Assembly (NCBI GenBank): GCA_030324005.1
Contig: JARDVH010000073.1
Coordinates: 69,998,595 to 70,062,014, forward strand
DNA length: 63,420 bases
DNA from: Negaprion brevirostris
Lineage: Eukaryota
Reading direction: 5' to 3'
In this document: in pieces, positions 49,731 to 63,420 of the stretch
Numbering within the stretch: position 1 is the first letter of the stretch
How the letters are laid out: every line of letters starts with the position of its first letter
Translations under genes and position numbers: made by a program
Notes under the pieces: model-generated
The model's input: only the letters and a program-made list of their open reading frames with translations
Told to the model about the DNA's origin: nothing
Database searches by the model: none

Positions 49731-51089
49731 ATCATAGAATCCCTGCAGTGCAGTGCAGAAGCCATTCAGCCCATTGAGTCTGCACCAACGCTCCAACAGT
49801 GCGTCATACCCAGACCCACCCACCCTACCCTATCCCTGTAACTCCAAATATTTACCCCACAAATCCCCCTAAACTAGACATTNNNNNNNNNNNNNNNNNN
49901 NNNNNNNNNNNNNNNNNNNNNNNNNNNNNNNNNNNNNNNNNNNNNNNNNNNNNNNNNNNNNNNNNNNNNNNNNNNNNNNNNNTTTACCCCACAAATCCCC
50001 CTAAACTAGACATTGTGGGACCCTAAGGGACAATTCAGCCTGGTCAATCCACCTAACTGCACTTCTTTAAACTAGGTTCATTTATTCTCTTTTTGTGTGC
50101 ATTGAGATGTTAGAAAAACCATTCAAGCAGGTCGACAGATATCAACCAATGAACAGGGTGTCATGAGCATTTGTGAAAGTTGTGCAGGGTGGGGAAGCGT
50201 TCTGGCAGGAAACCATCATTGACTCTCTCCTTTATCACATTCACCTTCAGAAGATAAACAACTCCATTGCTATGAGATCACCTGCAATAAATGGTACTTA
50301 ACAGTGAACTAAATTGGCTCCAGGAAAACAGACTCTGTTACAATAGGCCATAAAGATAAAAGTTAAGCAGGGCAACGTACATGGAAGCTCTCGCATAGAA
50401 ATGGAAATTGCTGGAAACATCTGGTCAGCACCTGAAATACATTGACAGGTGGGGCACTTCCACCAAACAGCTCGGGTATTGGTCACAACCAAAATGTGCC
50501 TCCGAGGTGCTCAGTAGACACTGCTGTATTGTGTGAGACCTGCACAATGTGTAGCTTGGGTCCTGAAGAGCAGGTGTTACACAGCCACCTGCAAGCCAAA
50601 TGTAAGCACTTCAATGGCCAGGAAAGCCTTCTTGACTACTCGTCTTGGTGAGCCCTATTCCTTCATCCCTATTGGTTGGCTGCACTAACCATACATGGCA
50701 ACAGTAATGCAATATGAAAGGGAAACAAAAGAAAACTTACATCTCTGTAGCGCCTGTCTGGAAGTTGCTAAATGCTTGGGATATAAATGAAGTTCTTTTC
50801 AGCAATCAATATTGTAATGCAGGGAAACAGAACATGCAATTTACACACAGCTATGTCCTATAAACAATGGCCAGATAATGGGCAGGATTCTTCAATCCCA
50901 GTTGTCCTGCCACCGAGAACAGAGCATTTGGCTCTCAGCTAAAAATTTCATTCACTGCAGTGACTGGAGAACCCCGGCCATGGATGAGATCAGAGGTTTC
51001 CAGTCAATATGTTTTAGCAGTGCTGACTGAGGGGGGAATGTGGGGTTGAAATACTGAGAAAGTCTATAGAGTTCTAGGGAAAACTTTTA

Positions 51090-51900
51090 CACAAGAACAC
51101 AAGGAATGGGAGCAAGAGTAGACCACACAGCCCATTGAGATTGCTCTGCCATTCAATATGAACATGGTTGATCTTGAGCTTCAACTCCCACTTTTCTGCC
51201 TGCTCACCATATCCCTTAATTCGCCAACAGACCATAAATCTGATTGTCCGAGCCTTAAAACTATTCAGTGATGAAGTATCTGTAGTTCTATGAGGTGGAA
51301 AATTCCAAAGATTCACAACCCTCNNNNNNNNNNNNNNNNNNNNNNNNNNNNNNNNNNNNNNNNNNNNNNNNNNNNNNNNNNNNNNNNNNNNNNNNNNNNN
51401 NNNNNNNNNNNNNNNNNNNNNNNACCCTCTCCGTGAAGTAATTCCTCCACATCTCAGTCCTAAATGATTAGCCCCTTATCCTACAACTGCGCCCTGTGTT
51501 TTAGGTTCCCTAACCAGCAGAAACCATCACTCAGTACCCACTCTATGAAGCCCTTTCAGAATTTTGTAGGTTTTAATGAGGTCACCTCTCATTCATCTAA
51601 ACTCCAGAGAATTTACTCAGCCTCTCATCCTAGGACAATGCCTTCAACCTGAGACTAATTTAGTGAACCTCCGCTGTACTGTCTCCAATGTAAGAATATT
51701 GCTTTTAAATATGGAAACCAAAGCTATACATAGTACTCCAGATGCGGTCTCTGTGTCCTCCCCACAGTTTACCTTTCGATCTAGTTTGGTACCATTAGCA
51801 AACTTGGATACATTACTCTGTTTCTTCATCTAAGTCATATATATACATAGATTGTAAATAGGTGAGGCCCCAAATCTGACCCTTGCGACACCCCACCCGT
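51090..51900 (-). mobile_element. CR1 LINE 3' fragment, internally deleted
   Basis: GGVSQGSDLGPHLFTIY, VSKFANGTKL, LETVQRRFTKL and 3' tail. Confidence 0.8.
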
Positions 51901-52694
51901 TATTGCCTGCCTATGTCCACACTCTATTCTCAATCCTAGTTCATCTCTATACCTTCTATATGTTACGCTTGCCTCTATATTATTAAAAAGATTTGAGGCA
52001 TTCCTTCTATTTTCTTTGTCTTTTTCCCTTTCTGGGAATTTCATTTTTGATTTTTCGCTGCCCTCCCGCATCTTCTTTTACCTCTCCCTGTCTCTCTTGC
52101 ACCTTTTGGAGTTCTTGCTTTTTGTGCAGGTACATGGGGCCTTAGCCTTCAGCTCCAAGTCCCATTGGTCATGCACATGGGCCTGACCAACATAACAAAT
52201 CTAAAGTGTGCATGTGCAGCTCATTCCCAGCCCATAATTTGTCAGGTCTTGAAGATGACAACCACAGATATGAAGATAAAGGTTAGTTTAGTTTAATTAT
52301 GTGAACTTGTTTGTGGCACACTTGGTGGGGGGAGCGGGGGGGTGTCTTCACAGCACACCAGTGTGCTGCAGCTAATATATTACTATCAATTCCATGAGTC
52401 TTTATCTTACTTAAGTTTTTGTGCGGCACCCTTTAGAATGCCTTTTCAAAATCCAAGTATACAACATTGACTGGGTGGCAGATTATGTTTCAGTTTAACA
52501 TTTAAATGCAAATATCTAACAGTGGAACTCCTTACTCACAATGCACTGAATCATGTGCCCGCAGCTCTGATGTGCAGCTATAAACTCACAGCCTTCTGAC
52601 CCAAGAGGCAAGAATGTCACCATTGATCAACTCCACAATCAGCAGTATTTTCTACTTGTTCCTTTATCATAACATCTAACAGTCAGAGTTGATG

Positions 52695-53335
52695 CAGAAT
52701 GAAAAAAGACTTCCATTTGTATAACATCTTTCGTCACTGCACATCTCAAGGCACTTTACAGCCAGTGAAGTATTTTTGAAGTCTAGCTCACTGTTGTACT
52801 GTAGGAAACATGGCTGCCAATTTGGCACAGAAAGCATCCACAAACAGCAATGGAATAGTGATTAGAAGATGTTTTCTTTGAAGGGGTGAAGAGGTATTTA
52901 GGAAATGTCTTAAAAGAGGACATGTGGAGNNNNNNNNNNNNNNNNNNNNNNNNNNNNNNNNNNNNNNNNNNNNNNNNNNNNNNNNNNNNNNNNNNNNNNN
53001 NNNNNNNNNNNNNNNNNNNNNNNNNNNNNCATGTGGAGTGGGACATAGGAAAGTGTTCCAGAGCTCAATATCTAGGCTGTTGAATGCATGGCTGCCAAAG
53101 GACAGAAGCAAGAAAGTTGGGGGAAGGGTCACAGAGAAGGCCAAAGTTGGGGGAACGCAGAGTTATTGGAGGGTTTTTGGGCTGGACACAGAGTTGAGAG
53201 AGGCCACAGAGGGACTAGAATAGACAGATGAAAATTTTAAAATCCAGATACTGGTAGACTGGGAAGCAAGGGAGCTCAGATAGCATCGGGGTGATAGGTA
53301 AACAGGACCTGAGGCAGGTTAGGATACAGGTAGAC
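52695..53335 (-). mobile_element. L2-type LINE/DeuSINE tail fragments around a gap
   Basis: Antisense cttcaaaaatacttcactggctgtaaagtgcctt tail and L2-like ORF2 end (HAFNSLDIELWNTF). Confidence 0.55.
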
Positions 53336-53340
53336 TGTAT

Positions 53341-53525
53341 CCTTTGACTGAGATCAAGCATCAGATCAAGGCCACGATCAGGTACAATGCCTTTTCTTGT
53401 CAGCTTGAATCTTGTATGTCTGTTTTGTGGGGACTGTGAATTGAATTAAATTTGAATTGGTTTTTGGATCAAGCAAGGAGATGGATTAAGGGCTTGCCTG
53501 GTTCCTTCTCTGCATTGGCTTTGTA
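53341..53525 (+). pseudogene. U2 snRNA-derived relic (pseudogene or U2-derived repeat)
   Basis: Collinear with U2: cctttgactgagatcaag ~ CCTTTTGGCTAAGATCAAG; ttcttgtcagcttgaatcttgtatgtc ~ TTCTTATCAGTTTAATATCTGATACGTC; tggtttttggatcaagcaaggagatggattaagggcttgc ~ TGGATTTTTGGAGCAGGGAGATGGAATAGGAGCTTGC; gcattggctttgta ~ GCATCGACCTGGTA. Confidence 0.75.
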
Positions 53526-54597
53526 ACATAAATAAGGATACAGGTAGAGTTCTGGATGAGCTTGAGCCCCGTAGAATTCAAATTTGTTATCTCAGTCCAA
53601 AACTGACCATCACTTTTTGTAGAAAACAGAAAAAAAAACACAAGAAGAAAATGGCCAGTTTCCTTCTTAAGAAACCATAGTAAAAACCAGGATCCTTTTC
53701 GCACCCTGTAGATTTAATAAAAGCTTGCCAGTCAGTCATTTATTATCCCCCCATAGTCTGTCAGTTTGCCATATGATTATTACCCAGTGCTGGCACACTA
53801 TGCAAGCTTATAATACGCCCTTATAGGCCTTATGAGAGATGATGCGGAAAATTACTCTGATCTTAACAGCTGTCGCCTCAGCAGTTTCCCCTTACCCACT
53901 CTGAAAAAAGATCCTTTACATCATGACAGAGGCTAATTATTAAGGCCAGCCCTCTTGAGTGCAGTGGCTGTCTAGCTCTTTGCTAGAAGCCTTGTGTTAT
54001 TTATTTGAAAAAAGAAAAACAAGCCTTCCCCTCACCTCTTTCTGCTATAGTTGATTCACATTGAAGACATCACAGGCTGTCTGAACAAAAGGCAGTTCTG
54101 AAACGCAGGTGTACGCAGAATATAAAAGTTATCAGAGAACGGAAACCGTTTATATGCAAATCAAATTGGCTCAAAAGTCATCATGAAGTATGAGTTGAGA
54201 AGAGAGCAGAATTGGCGGAAAAAAACAAGACAAGGACACTGCCATTCTTGAAAACATCCTCCACCCACTGAGCTTCACTAGAGTTTCCACCAGTAACCTT
54301 GGGCTAGAGAAAAATCNNNNNNNNNNNNNNNNNNNNNNNNNNNNNNNNNNNNNNNNNNNNNNNNNNNNNNNNNNNNNNNNNNNNNNNNNNNNNNNNNNNN
54401 NNNNNNNNNNNNNNNNNNNNNNNNNNNNNNNNNNNNNNNNNNNNNNNNNNNNNNNNNNNNNNNNNNNNNNNNNNNNNNNNNNNNNNNNNNNNNNNNNNNN
54501 NNNNNNNNNNNNNNNNNNNNNNNNNNNNNNNNNNNNNNNNNNNNNNNNNNNNNNNNNNNNNNNNNNNNNNNNNNNNNNNNNNNNNNNNNNNNNNNNN

Positions 54598-55250
54598 TGC
54601 CACACAAGTGACTGACAACGAACATCTCCAACCAGAGAGAATATAACCACCTTCCCTTGACAGTCAATTGCATTACTATCACTGAATCCCCTCATGCAAC
54701 ATCCCTGGGAGAAGAGGAGGGGGAAAGGGGGGGATTAACTTGAAACTAAATTCTGGAATAACTACATAAATTCACTGGCTCCCAGAGAAGATTTAACATT
54801 AAGGATTCTGCAGTGCATGTTTTACTTCTTAAAGCCTGTTTACCATCTGCAAAACACAAATTAGGAGTGCAATAGGATATTTGCCTGCGTGAGTGCAGCT
54901 CCAACTCAAAAAACTCAACATCATCCAAGACAAAGTGCACTGCAGCTACTCACAAGGCTTCTTTGACAGCCCTTTCCAAACTCCCAGCCTCTATCAACCA
55001 GAAGAATAAAAGCAGAAGGCACACAGGAACACTGCTACTTCCAAGTCTGTCTCCAAATCACACACCACGCTAACTGCAAATGTCTTGCTGTTCCTTCATC
55101 AGCTCTGGGTCAAATTCCTTGCTTACAGCACTTGGGCAGCACCTTCAAAACATGGTATGCAGTGCTTCATGAATCACCATCTTCACAAGTACAAGTAGAG
55201 CTGTGCAATAAATTCTGGCCTTGCCAATGATACCCATTTCCTGAGATTTT
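54598..55250 (+). mobile_element. Degraded CR1-group LINE fragment
   Basis: Homologous to decayed sequence at ~27190-27920 (catctccaaccagagagaatataaccacc; tccaagacaaagtgc). Confidence 0.55.
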
Positions 55251-58200
55251 CTTTTTAAAATTGTCCCTATTTTCAATTTCACTTTCTTGGTTTCTGCAAC
55301 ACTGAACGAGCTCAGTGCAGTCCACACGTGACAATAAAATCTATCTTAAATAATCAGTGAACTGAGCAGAAGCAATGTTGGATTTGCAACATCAAATTCA
55401 AATCTCAGTCCAATGGTTTATGAATATCAGAATATTCAAATCTCAGGAGCTTGGTAAGATTAGGGATTCACGGTCGTCCAAGAAAAGGGGAGGTGAGTGG
55501 ACGTTAACAGAAACATAACACATTTGAACTGTACAGTGTGCTGCATTAACAGAAACATTACACATCCTGAATCCACACCCAGTGTAATGTTTCACCTCTC
55601 TTCCCCTCCCCACACAGCTCCAATCTGCTCTTTTGGTTGCATTACATCACCTCCTTGATTTGACAATTACATCACATCACGAATGAAGCAAAGCACAGGT
55701 GCAGGTCAATGCCCTTGCTCCGAAAGCCGGCAATAAATCATTTGGCTGGTGGGTCAGGGTACATTCTGGGGCTGAAAATCATCTCGACTCCTTAATTGGA
55801 AAGATCTGCTGCTCCCACATAATACACGGATGACTGAATTGGCCAGACGGCAGCCTATTAAATTATATCCTGGTGTTTAGTTAACCTGGAGGTGGTAACC
55901 TGATAGGTTACAAATTAAAAGGAGTTTGTTGGCTTTTTTATTTTTGGCAGAATGGCCACTGTTTTCAGCAGGTGTCCTTCATCTGGGGACTTGTATGGAG
56001 TGCTACGCAAGCATAGATAGTCAGCAGCAAGTTGTATACATTAAATGTTCATTTAATCAATTCTGGATTTAAAGGGCTTTGGGCAGATATGGATGCCGAA
56101 ACAGGATCAGCTGTGCCAGCCAGATTGAAAGCTCAATAATGTAAAGCAAGGAAGGACGAACTTGCTCACAAACACCACAACACTACAGTTACTCACCAGC
56201 CTCAGTCTGACCTTCTCATCAGTATCAGAATTCACACCATAATCAAATCAGAGCTCACAGTTTTAAGCCCTGGTTAACATGTTGTTTGTCACTAACTAGA
56301 TTTACTTTAAAATGCTAATTCCTTGTTGGAGGAAATTATTCCAAATATTTCACATTTTAAAGGGAACATTCTGTAGAATGGGTATTGAGACTGTTGGCAA
56401 GATATTCCATTATGGGGGGACATCATAATCAATGCCAACAGAGTGATGCCCATGCAAAGTATGGCTAGTGATTACTGTGACAATGCTTCAAAACACACCG
56501 CATTGGCTATGAAGTGTGTTAGGCTGTGGTTATGAAAGTATTGTATAAATTAGTGTTTATATAATATTTCCATAAAAAAAACAATATTCTACATTAAGGA
56601 TGTGAAACCGGGAAAAATCCCCCATTCCCACCCCTACTTAATTTAGAAGCGCTGAGGCCAATTGTCACACTCCCTACATCTCATTCAGATTAGCTAACTC
56701 TGCATGTGATACAGAAGTTTATGGGAACAACATAACCACAGAAATATTATCTGACCTCGATGCATATCCACCAGCGCCTGAATACTGATATCTGACATTT
56801 TGGCTAGTTCAACTATTCGAATGAAGGATGAATCTAAGTTCAGGTACAAGCTAAACTTATAAAACAAACTAAGTTGCAACAAAAATAGAAACCTTGCCAT
56901 TTGAACTTTTTTTTTACATAAACATTATATATTGTATCTTTTCCTGCCAAAGTATGGATATGCATAAGTTCTTTAAATACATGGAGTGTGGCTTTTCTCC
57001 CCCAGTTCATTTTTACAAACAAATGTTTACAACAATGCATTCAACTAATGTGATCTGCAGGTTGGAAGGTATTAATCTTGGCTTACAAATGATCCTGGAA
57101 AATGGGACATCGCAGAGTGAATCTCAGCACTTGACAAGCAGCAAACTGTCTTTCTAGTTTCTGTACCTCGTGAGCGTAAACCTTATACGAGTTAACACAA
57201 AGTGGGNNNNNNNNNNNNNNNNNNNNNNNNNNNNNNNNNNNNNNNNNNNNNNNNNNNNNNNNNNNNNNNNNNNNNNNNNNNNNNNNNNNNNNNNNNNNNN
57301 NNNNNNAGCATGCACATTAAGACCCTCAATAAATGCGCATTCATCAGATTATCCTCAAAATGAATGCAATCCGATCACAAAGTTGCAAAAAAACCTTACA
57401 TTTAAAACAATTGGTTGAAGGACAGTTTTTGTGCAGTGTTATTAGGACCTGCAATGCAGCGCCTGAAAGCAGATTCAAGAATAACTTTCAAAATGAATTG
57501 GGTTAATACTGGAAAAGGCAGCATTCGCGGAGCTCAGGGGAAGAAAGGGAAGAAGTGGGACAAATTAGTAGCTCTTTCAGTCAGCACCACTCTGGTGGAG
57601 CGAGTGCCCTCCTACTGTGCAGAATGAAACCATGATTCTACAATTTTCATAATATCCAGAAGGAATGGCATTCATTTCACTGTGGAGTGCTTTTGGAATA
57701 GCTGTGCGGACTGGCTATTTAAAACTCACCACCACTCCAAAAGTGAGCAGTGTTATGAGACGTTCCAATGGTTTGAAGAGTCGCTAACCTAAATCAAGTA
57801 TCACTTTGTGTTAAATAATACAAGGCGTGCCTCACACGCTTGCATACTGCTGTTGGGGGAGGGGTGGGGGGTCCTCAACAATAGCACTTGGTTTTAGCTG
57901 GTTCAAAGCCTCCTGGCTGCTGTGAGCCAGATGGATGACATCATGCTGCAGTAGGCCCCATCTATGTCTGTCACTCTCAGGAGAACAGTGTGCTTCTTTA
58001 CCTCTCTCAATCGCTCACTCCACAGCTCAACCACTTGTTATGTTCCATCAGACAAAGCTCCCCAGTCGTAGGTCTTCCAAACCCTGCCCTCCACCCCTTA
58101 ACATCCCAACGCTTGTCCAGATCTTTGACATCAGTCCAGGAGATGCGTTGCCATGGAACTGTTCCAATAAATCATTTCATCTGGAGCGGGTTTTGGCTCG

Positions 58201-58699
58201 ATTAGATAGCCCAGGCTTTGGGATGCTAATATCATTCCTGAAACATGACATCAGTGGATCTGTGGTGTACCAAAATATGCCCTAGACAGAGGCAGATGCA
58301 ACTACCACAAGACCTGTGCAAACCTACACTGCGTGTGGGGTATTTCAGGTTTACACATTCAGAAACAAAAAATCTGCCCTTTGTTCCCATCAGCAATAAA
58401 GTACAAAGAGGATGTGTGATCATTATTGCTTTAACACGGTATTAGTCATAAAGCACCGAGTGTCCTCTGCAGGGTGTGCACAGTCATTACATAATTCACA
58501 AAGCATTCTCCCTCAGCTGTCACACTGTACATTATGGGCAGGATCACGTTAACTGATGAGCTGGATTCTCGGTTTAAACATTTCTTACTTCTTCATTAAC
58601 CCTTCACTCGCAGTCGCCATCCAACTGGTCATTCCTACCACCATAAATAAGAACGTCTTTAGAAAGTAAATGCTTGAGAACAAGGGGTTCCGGGTCCTG

Positions 58700-60200
58700 T
58701 TGACTTGTCCTGTAAGGTCAGTTGCACAGGGCTCCTGGCCACCTTAGGCTGGCCCTCCCAGCACCATACTGCTGACCGCTGAAGCCCGCACCTTAACACT
58801 CTCTCTACTTCATACAAAAAAAATCTCCCGACTCCCATCAACGCCAGTTTCTACAACCGATATCACACACAGGTTCCAACAACAGCGACTCAAAGCTACC
58901 ATATGGTGCAAACAAATATACACACGCTGCACTACATAACCGGCTCTCGCTTCTGCACTGCAACTTCAGCTGAAAAGTTGGTCTGCTGTTTAGAGTACAC
59001 AAATACGCGCTTTAAATACACACCTCGGATCTCCCTTCCCTCTTTTATCCGTCTCACTCTGATCTTCAATTTCATTTCCGTTTCGTACATCTTCAAAACC
59101 AGCGATCAGGTTTATAGTATCGAATTAATAAAGGCAAATCCAGTCCGCTGGAAAGGAGACTGAAATCTAGTCCGTTATTGCAGGAGTCTCAGTGCCTGTG
59201 TGTGTATATCTCTCTGTAGTATGTATCTATCTCTCCTGTTTGATTATATCTCTGTGTGTGCCTCTCTTCTGTGGATTTATGTGTGTGTCTCTCTCCCCTG
59301 TGTGTTTATATGTCTCTGTCCTGTGTGTGTGTGTGTATCTCACTCCCCTGTGTGTTTATATATCTCTGTCCTGTGTGTGTCTCTCTCTCCCCTGTGTGTA
59401 CTGTGCTGCCCTCCTCCTTTGTGAGTGTACAGACTGCCAGCTGTGCTGCAGCAGGCTACACTACAACACTCAGATCTGAGAGCCTTTCCAACTCATGGGT
59501 GAGGCGTGTGGAGCTCCGCATTCCTGACTCACCGCGTAAATATGCGGCTACCTTTCAGTCTCAAAGCGGCAGGCAATGTGTTTTCCAAAAGGAATCTCAT
59601 TTTGCTTTTGCCTTTCTTTTCTTGGGGGGCGGGGGGCGCTACATGCGGTCGGAAGGAAAAGGTGCAGTTTCTGAGAGACTCCAGTTAAGATTTCCTGTTG
59701 GGGTGTTCAGTGCCAATCCCCCTTCTTCTTTCAATTCAACTTTTCAGCATATTTGGCAGTCAGATAATCGCTCTTTTCCTTTCAGCAATTTGCAAAATTT
59801 TCCATTGCTAAATAATGAGTTTTTAATTAAAAAAAAATCTTGTTTACTACAAGCTGCAGTGACTAACCTTTCGGGGAAACAGCGGGATGATCTGCAGCAT
59901 AAGGCAGGCGGGCAGTGCAACACATGCGGACTGCTGTTAAATGTGGGCCATTATGCATTGTGTCCCAGGAATGAATGGGACACACAGCAGAAGGACACTT
60001 GTTAAACACTTTAACGCTTCAAGTGGTGCGAGGCGGTGCCCCCCGCCCGTACAAAAGAGGAGCAGTTTCACTTCAATGACCCTTAACCCTTTGTGCTGGT
60101 GTGGAGTTTATAGAGCAGGTCTGGGGCACTCTTTTTTGCACTGCAGTGCGTGTGCAGTGAAGCTGCCCTTTAAATCTAGGTTCCGCTGCCATTGATTAGT
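58700..60200. promoter_or_regulatory. CpG-enriched promoter-like region with possible non-coding exon
   Basis: More CpG retained than in flanks. GC boxes near 59625-59638 and 60039-60048, minus-strand TATAAA at 60107-60112, minus-strand donor GCG|gtgagt near 59527-59535. Confidence 0.3.
59192..59425. repeat. Low-complexity TG/TC/TA minisatellite-like tract
   Basis: Repeated units such as ctcccctgtgtgtttatat.tctctgtcctgtgtgtgt. Confidence 0.85.
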
Positions 60201-63200
60201 TCAGTTTTAGATGCAGGACCACCTGCCCCCACCTTCTTTGCTGGGGAAGGGGAAGAAAAGAGCATTTTAGACACATTGCAAGTCCTAATCTGAAAGCGTG
60301 GTGTTATACTCTGTCACATTTTTGTCACATGTATTGGGATAGTGAAAAAGTATTGTTTCTTGTGCGCTACACAATCGGTATCATATTCGTTTCAGATATC
60401 TCGTGCGTGCAAACAAACTATTTCCATCAGAATTATAAGCCCCTGGATAGAGAAGGAGTTTATAATATTCTATAATTAGCGGGCAGGAGGAAGTAAGATA
60501 GGAAGGAAGACATTCATTGCATTGATATGACTTATTTCACCATCTCAGGAAGGTGATTCAACTTTTTAAGTGAGGTCGCTGTTGTCAACACAGGAAAGGG
60601 TAAATGAGGTTCCAATGGCTCTCCGTATCTTTTGACCATTCACCTCATTTCCCATTTTTCCCATTGGTTAAGTCCCCAACTCACGTGGGATCTACCGCAC
60701 AGTCGATGCCAGGGCCCCTGGGTGTATCCCGGAGAAACTTGCATAAGTGTTTGCTCGGGAATCCCAGTCGGTACACGTTCTGACTTCTGCCTACTCACAT
60801 GCACTGCCTGGCCTGGAATCCATCTAGCAGCCAATGTATACTGTATTCAGAAAACCCAGACATGCCAGCCAACTGGTCAAAGGGAATGAAACCTACTTGC
60901 GGCTTCAGACCTGCTTGGCCTGCAGCCCTGAACAAAAGTGACAACCAAGTGTAAAGATAGCTGATAAGCCCGTTAAAAACTGTGTAAAGACAAGTACCTT
61001 TTCGTGGACACCCATTGTGTCGGTAAGCAACCTTCTGGATTACCCAGGATAGGGAACCTCCACCAACCTCATATATATTAGCGACGAGGGTAGGCAGTGA
61101 TTCTCAAATTTCTTAACACTATCATTTCAGTTGGGCTGCCCAGAAATCCTGCACAATGGACACATTTTGGCTTCAGTTATACTACCTCTAAACTACTGGG
61201 AAGTTTTCATCCAGACCCGCAAAATTATATAGTCACTTTATTGAAATGTATTTGTATCAACAGAGAGAGCTCTAATCGCCATGTGACTAATAGTGATTTG
61301 CAGCTTTTGCCTTGTTCTTCTTTCAGAACAGACTGTACAATTGTTAACTTGGCTGCTACAGGATGAGTTAAATTGTATTTGTTTCCATCTGATTTCATGG
61401 AAAGGAATATCCCAGGCTGCACACTCAGTACCACCAAAGAGTCTCCTGAAAAATGATTACCTTTGAAAGAATCTGCAGCAAATCTCACCATTAATTCCCC
61501 TTGTTCAAACTGATTGCCCCAAAATGGACAATCGGCAAAAGAACAAGAGGGGAGTTGAGAAGGATATTTTTTAATGTAGTGAGCATCTGGAATGCACTGT
61601 GTGAAGGATGGTGGAAGCTGATTCAATAGCAGTTTTCAAAAGAGAATTGGATGTATAGTTGCAAAGGAAAACTAAATGTAGAGCTGAGTAGATAATGGAA
61701 AAGTAGAACTACTTGGAAAGTTTTTTCAAAGAGCTGACCGAAGTATGATGGACTGAATGGCTGTGGTGTAAGATTCTGGATTGTTGGATGATAGTCTCTG
61801 TGATTTGAAGTTACATATCAGTCACTCAGTATTTATTTTATTTGTGTGTGTGTTTATTTTAATTATGTTTCATAGTCTTACTTTGACCTGGTGCATAAAT
61901 GGAGCCAGTTATGGGAGCTCAGAAGTTAAAGTATGAACAGCCAACTTTGTGCTCACCGATTCAAATGGAGCCCTTCAGGAATGGCAAGAAAACAAGTCAC
62001 TGGGTTGATGAGGCAATTCAGGAAAATTCACTGTCTGTTTTCTGTACGAAGGTAGGAGACTCTGATCAGTGTGTCAGATTTCAATAACTATTGGGAATAG
62101 CAAACCAGACATTCAACTCTGGGTGTGAAGCTGAGGCTCCAAGACCAGTAAGACCAAAGGCTCAATGCCTAACTTCTCCTGTGGTATCCAGTTGCATGGT
62201 GTGATAATGGTGGGAATGTTAGGATTAGCATTCATCTGGACTAAGAGGAGTCAGTAGTTAGTTAGCTAGAAGTTTGCAGGTGTGCACTGGGGGTTGCTCA
62301 GGCTCAACTGTGATGCCCCAGCAGTCGAATTGCCTGCTGACCCTGCCTGCCAGGAGTTCTCATGTGAATAAAGTGAGTAAAGGAATCGGACTGCATTAGT
62401 GAGGATTTAATGACTTCAGGGTGAGGGTCATGGAGGTAGGGATTAGTGAGGGAGTGAGGGCAGGGAAGAAGACTGAAAAACAGCCTATAAATATAACAAG
62501 TGTCTATTTAAAGCTCCTCTTTCATTGACCACCTGAAGTTGTACGTCAGTGTAGGAAACAACACCCAGGTGGTGTTAAGATGGTTGCATTTTTAGGATAA
62601 GCTTGGCTTCAAAATACAGTTTGCAAAGCAATAGTTTTCCTTGATTTACCCCCTCCCCCATTCCCACAGAAACCCCAGGAGTGCCATTTACAATTTGACC
62701 ACTACTAAACACATTTCCTTTCCAGACTAACTCACACATTTTATCAGCATTTCGTCACCTCCACTTAAAACACATTTTGCCCTCAGAAGGAAATGTGCTC
62801 TTTTCTGCTTTTCATGTTTTGCAACCAGCACAGACATCATCCTCATCATCACTTCCCTCCCCTTCTCCCGGAAAGCAAGATCCAGAAGTTAGCTGTGAAC
62901 GCAGCCAGCATTCCAGCATAGTTTCCCTCCACTTCCTTATAAATTTGTTCCTTGTCAAGGTTTTTTTCTTTTTTAAAAAAAGCCTTTCCAGCTCTGCCTC
63001 AGTATAAGTGTTCTGGGACTCCAGCCAGTTCCCTGTCCCAATCGCCCGCCCCAGTCTGGGTGGGAACATTCATTGACGACATTTCGGGATTTTTTTTCTT
63101 TCCTTGCATTTTTGTGCGAGAACTAGCTGGCCAAATTTAGAATCGTGTCGAAAGGGAAAAAACTCAGTCATCGTCTTGGAAATGTGTACTTATAATGTGG

Positions 63201-63420
63201 TGACCTCATGGTTATGCAAGAGCCCAGCTAATCGCCAGGAGATAAAAATGCTAAAATGGGTCACAGTAGCAGCTGAAGGCTGTTTAAGGTTAGCCCAGCA
63301 AAATTGTTAAAATGAAGCTTATCTGGCAGCATTTAATAGAGGCTGAATTAAAATGTTCAATATGTTTCCACTTATGTTTTTCCTTTTTAACTTTGAGAAC
63401 AATAATGCAAATCCCCCCCC

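Noticed and set aside
59256-60005. 249-aa Cys/Val-rich ORF
   Set aside because: Arises from a TG/TC low-complexity tract; no domain or convincing codon pattern.
61225-61626. ORF containing AADSF, as in human DUSP8 exon 3
   Set aside because: The surrounding residues show no similarity (no VVVYDQ, no matching exon end) and part of the ORF overlaps a CR1 3' relic; coincidental.
62812-63069. Minus-strand ORF with acidic SDDEDD patch
   Set aside because: No recognisable homology, no clear splice context, and unrelated to the DUSP8 N-terminus.
1-63420. CRISPR arrays, operons or prokaryotic defence systems
   Set aside because: The window is spliced eukaryotic DNA; recurring 30-40 bp motifs are dispersed retroposon termini, not regularly spaced repeats.

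Overview
Vertebrate nuclear DNA from a gapped draft assembly, almost certainly a cartilaginous fish (shark), judged by HE1/V-SINE, DeuSINE, CR1, Rex1 and Penelope repeats. Two convergent genes are present. The last coding exon of ATG13 lies at 792-869 (+). The four 3' coding exons of a DUSP8-type MAP kinase phosphatase lie at 47328-40904 (-), with a probable ~5 kb 3'UTR. The two DUSP8 rhodanese/KIM exons are not visible, but an in-phase candidate alternative first exon sits ~520 bp upstream of the first visible exon. The rest is nested retroposon debris, and nearly all ORF-track entries are spurious or transposon fragments. The less obvious signals are Penelope-type minimal hammerhead ribozyme motifs (one with an intact core), fold-back mini-elements built from Penelope termini, a near full-length U2 snRNA-derived relic, and a 216-bp inverted duplication. 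Family names come from recalled consensus sequences, not searches, and repeat boundaries are approximate. No clearly new multi-gene system was found.
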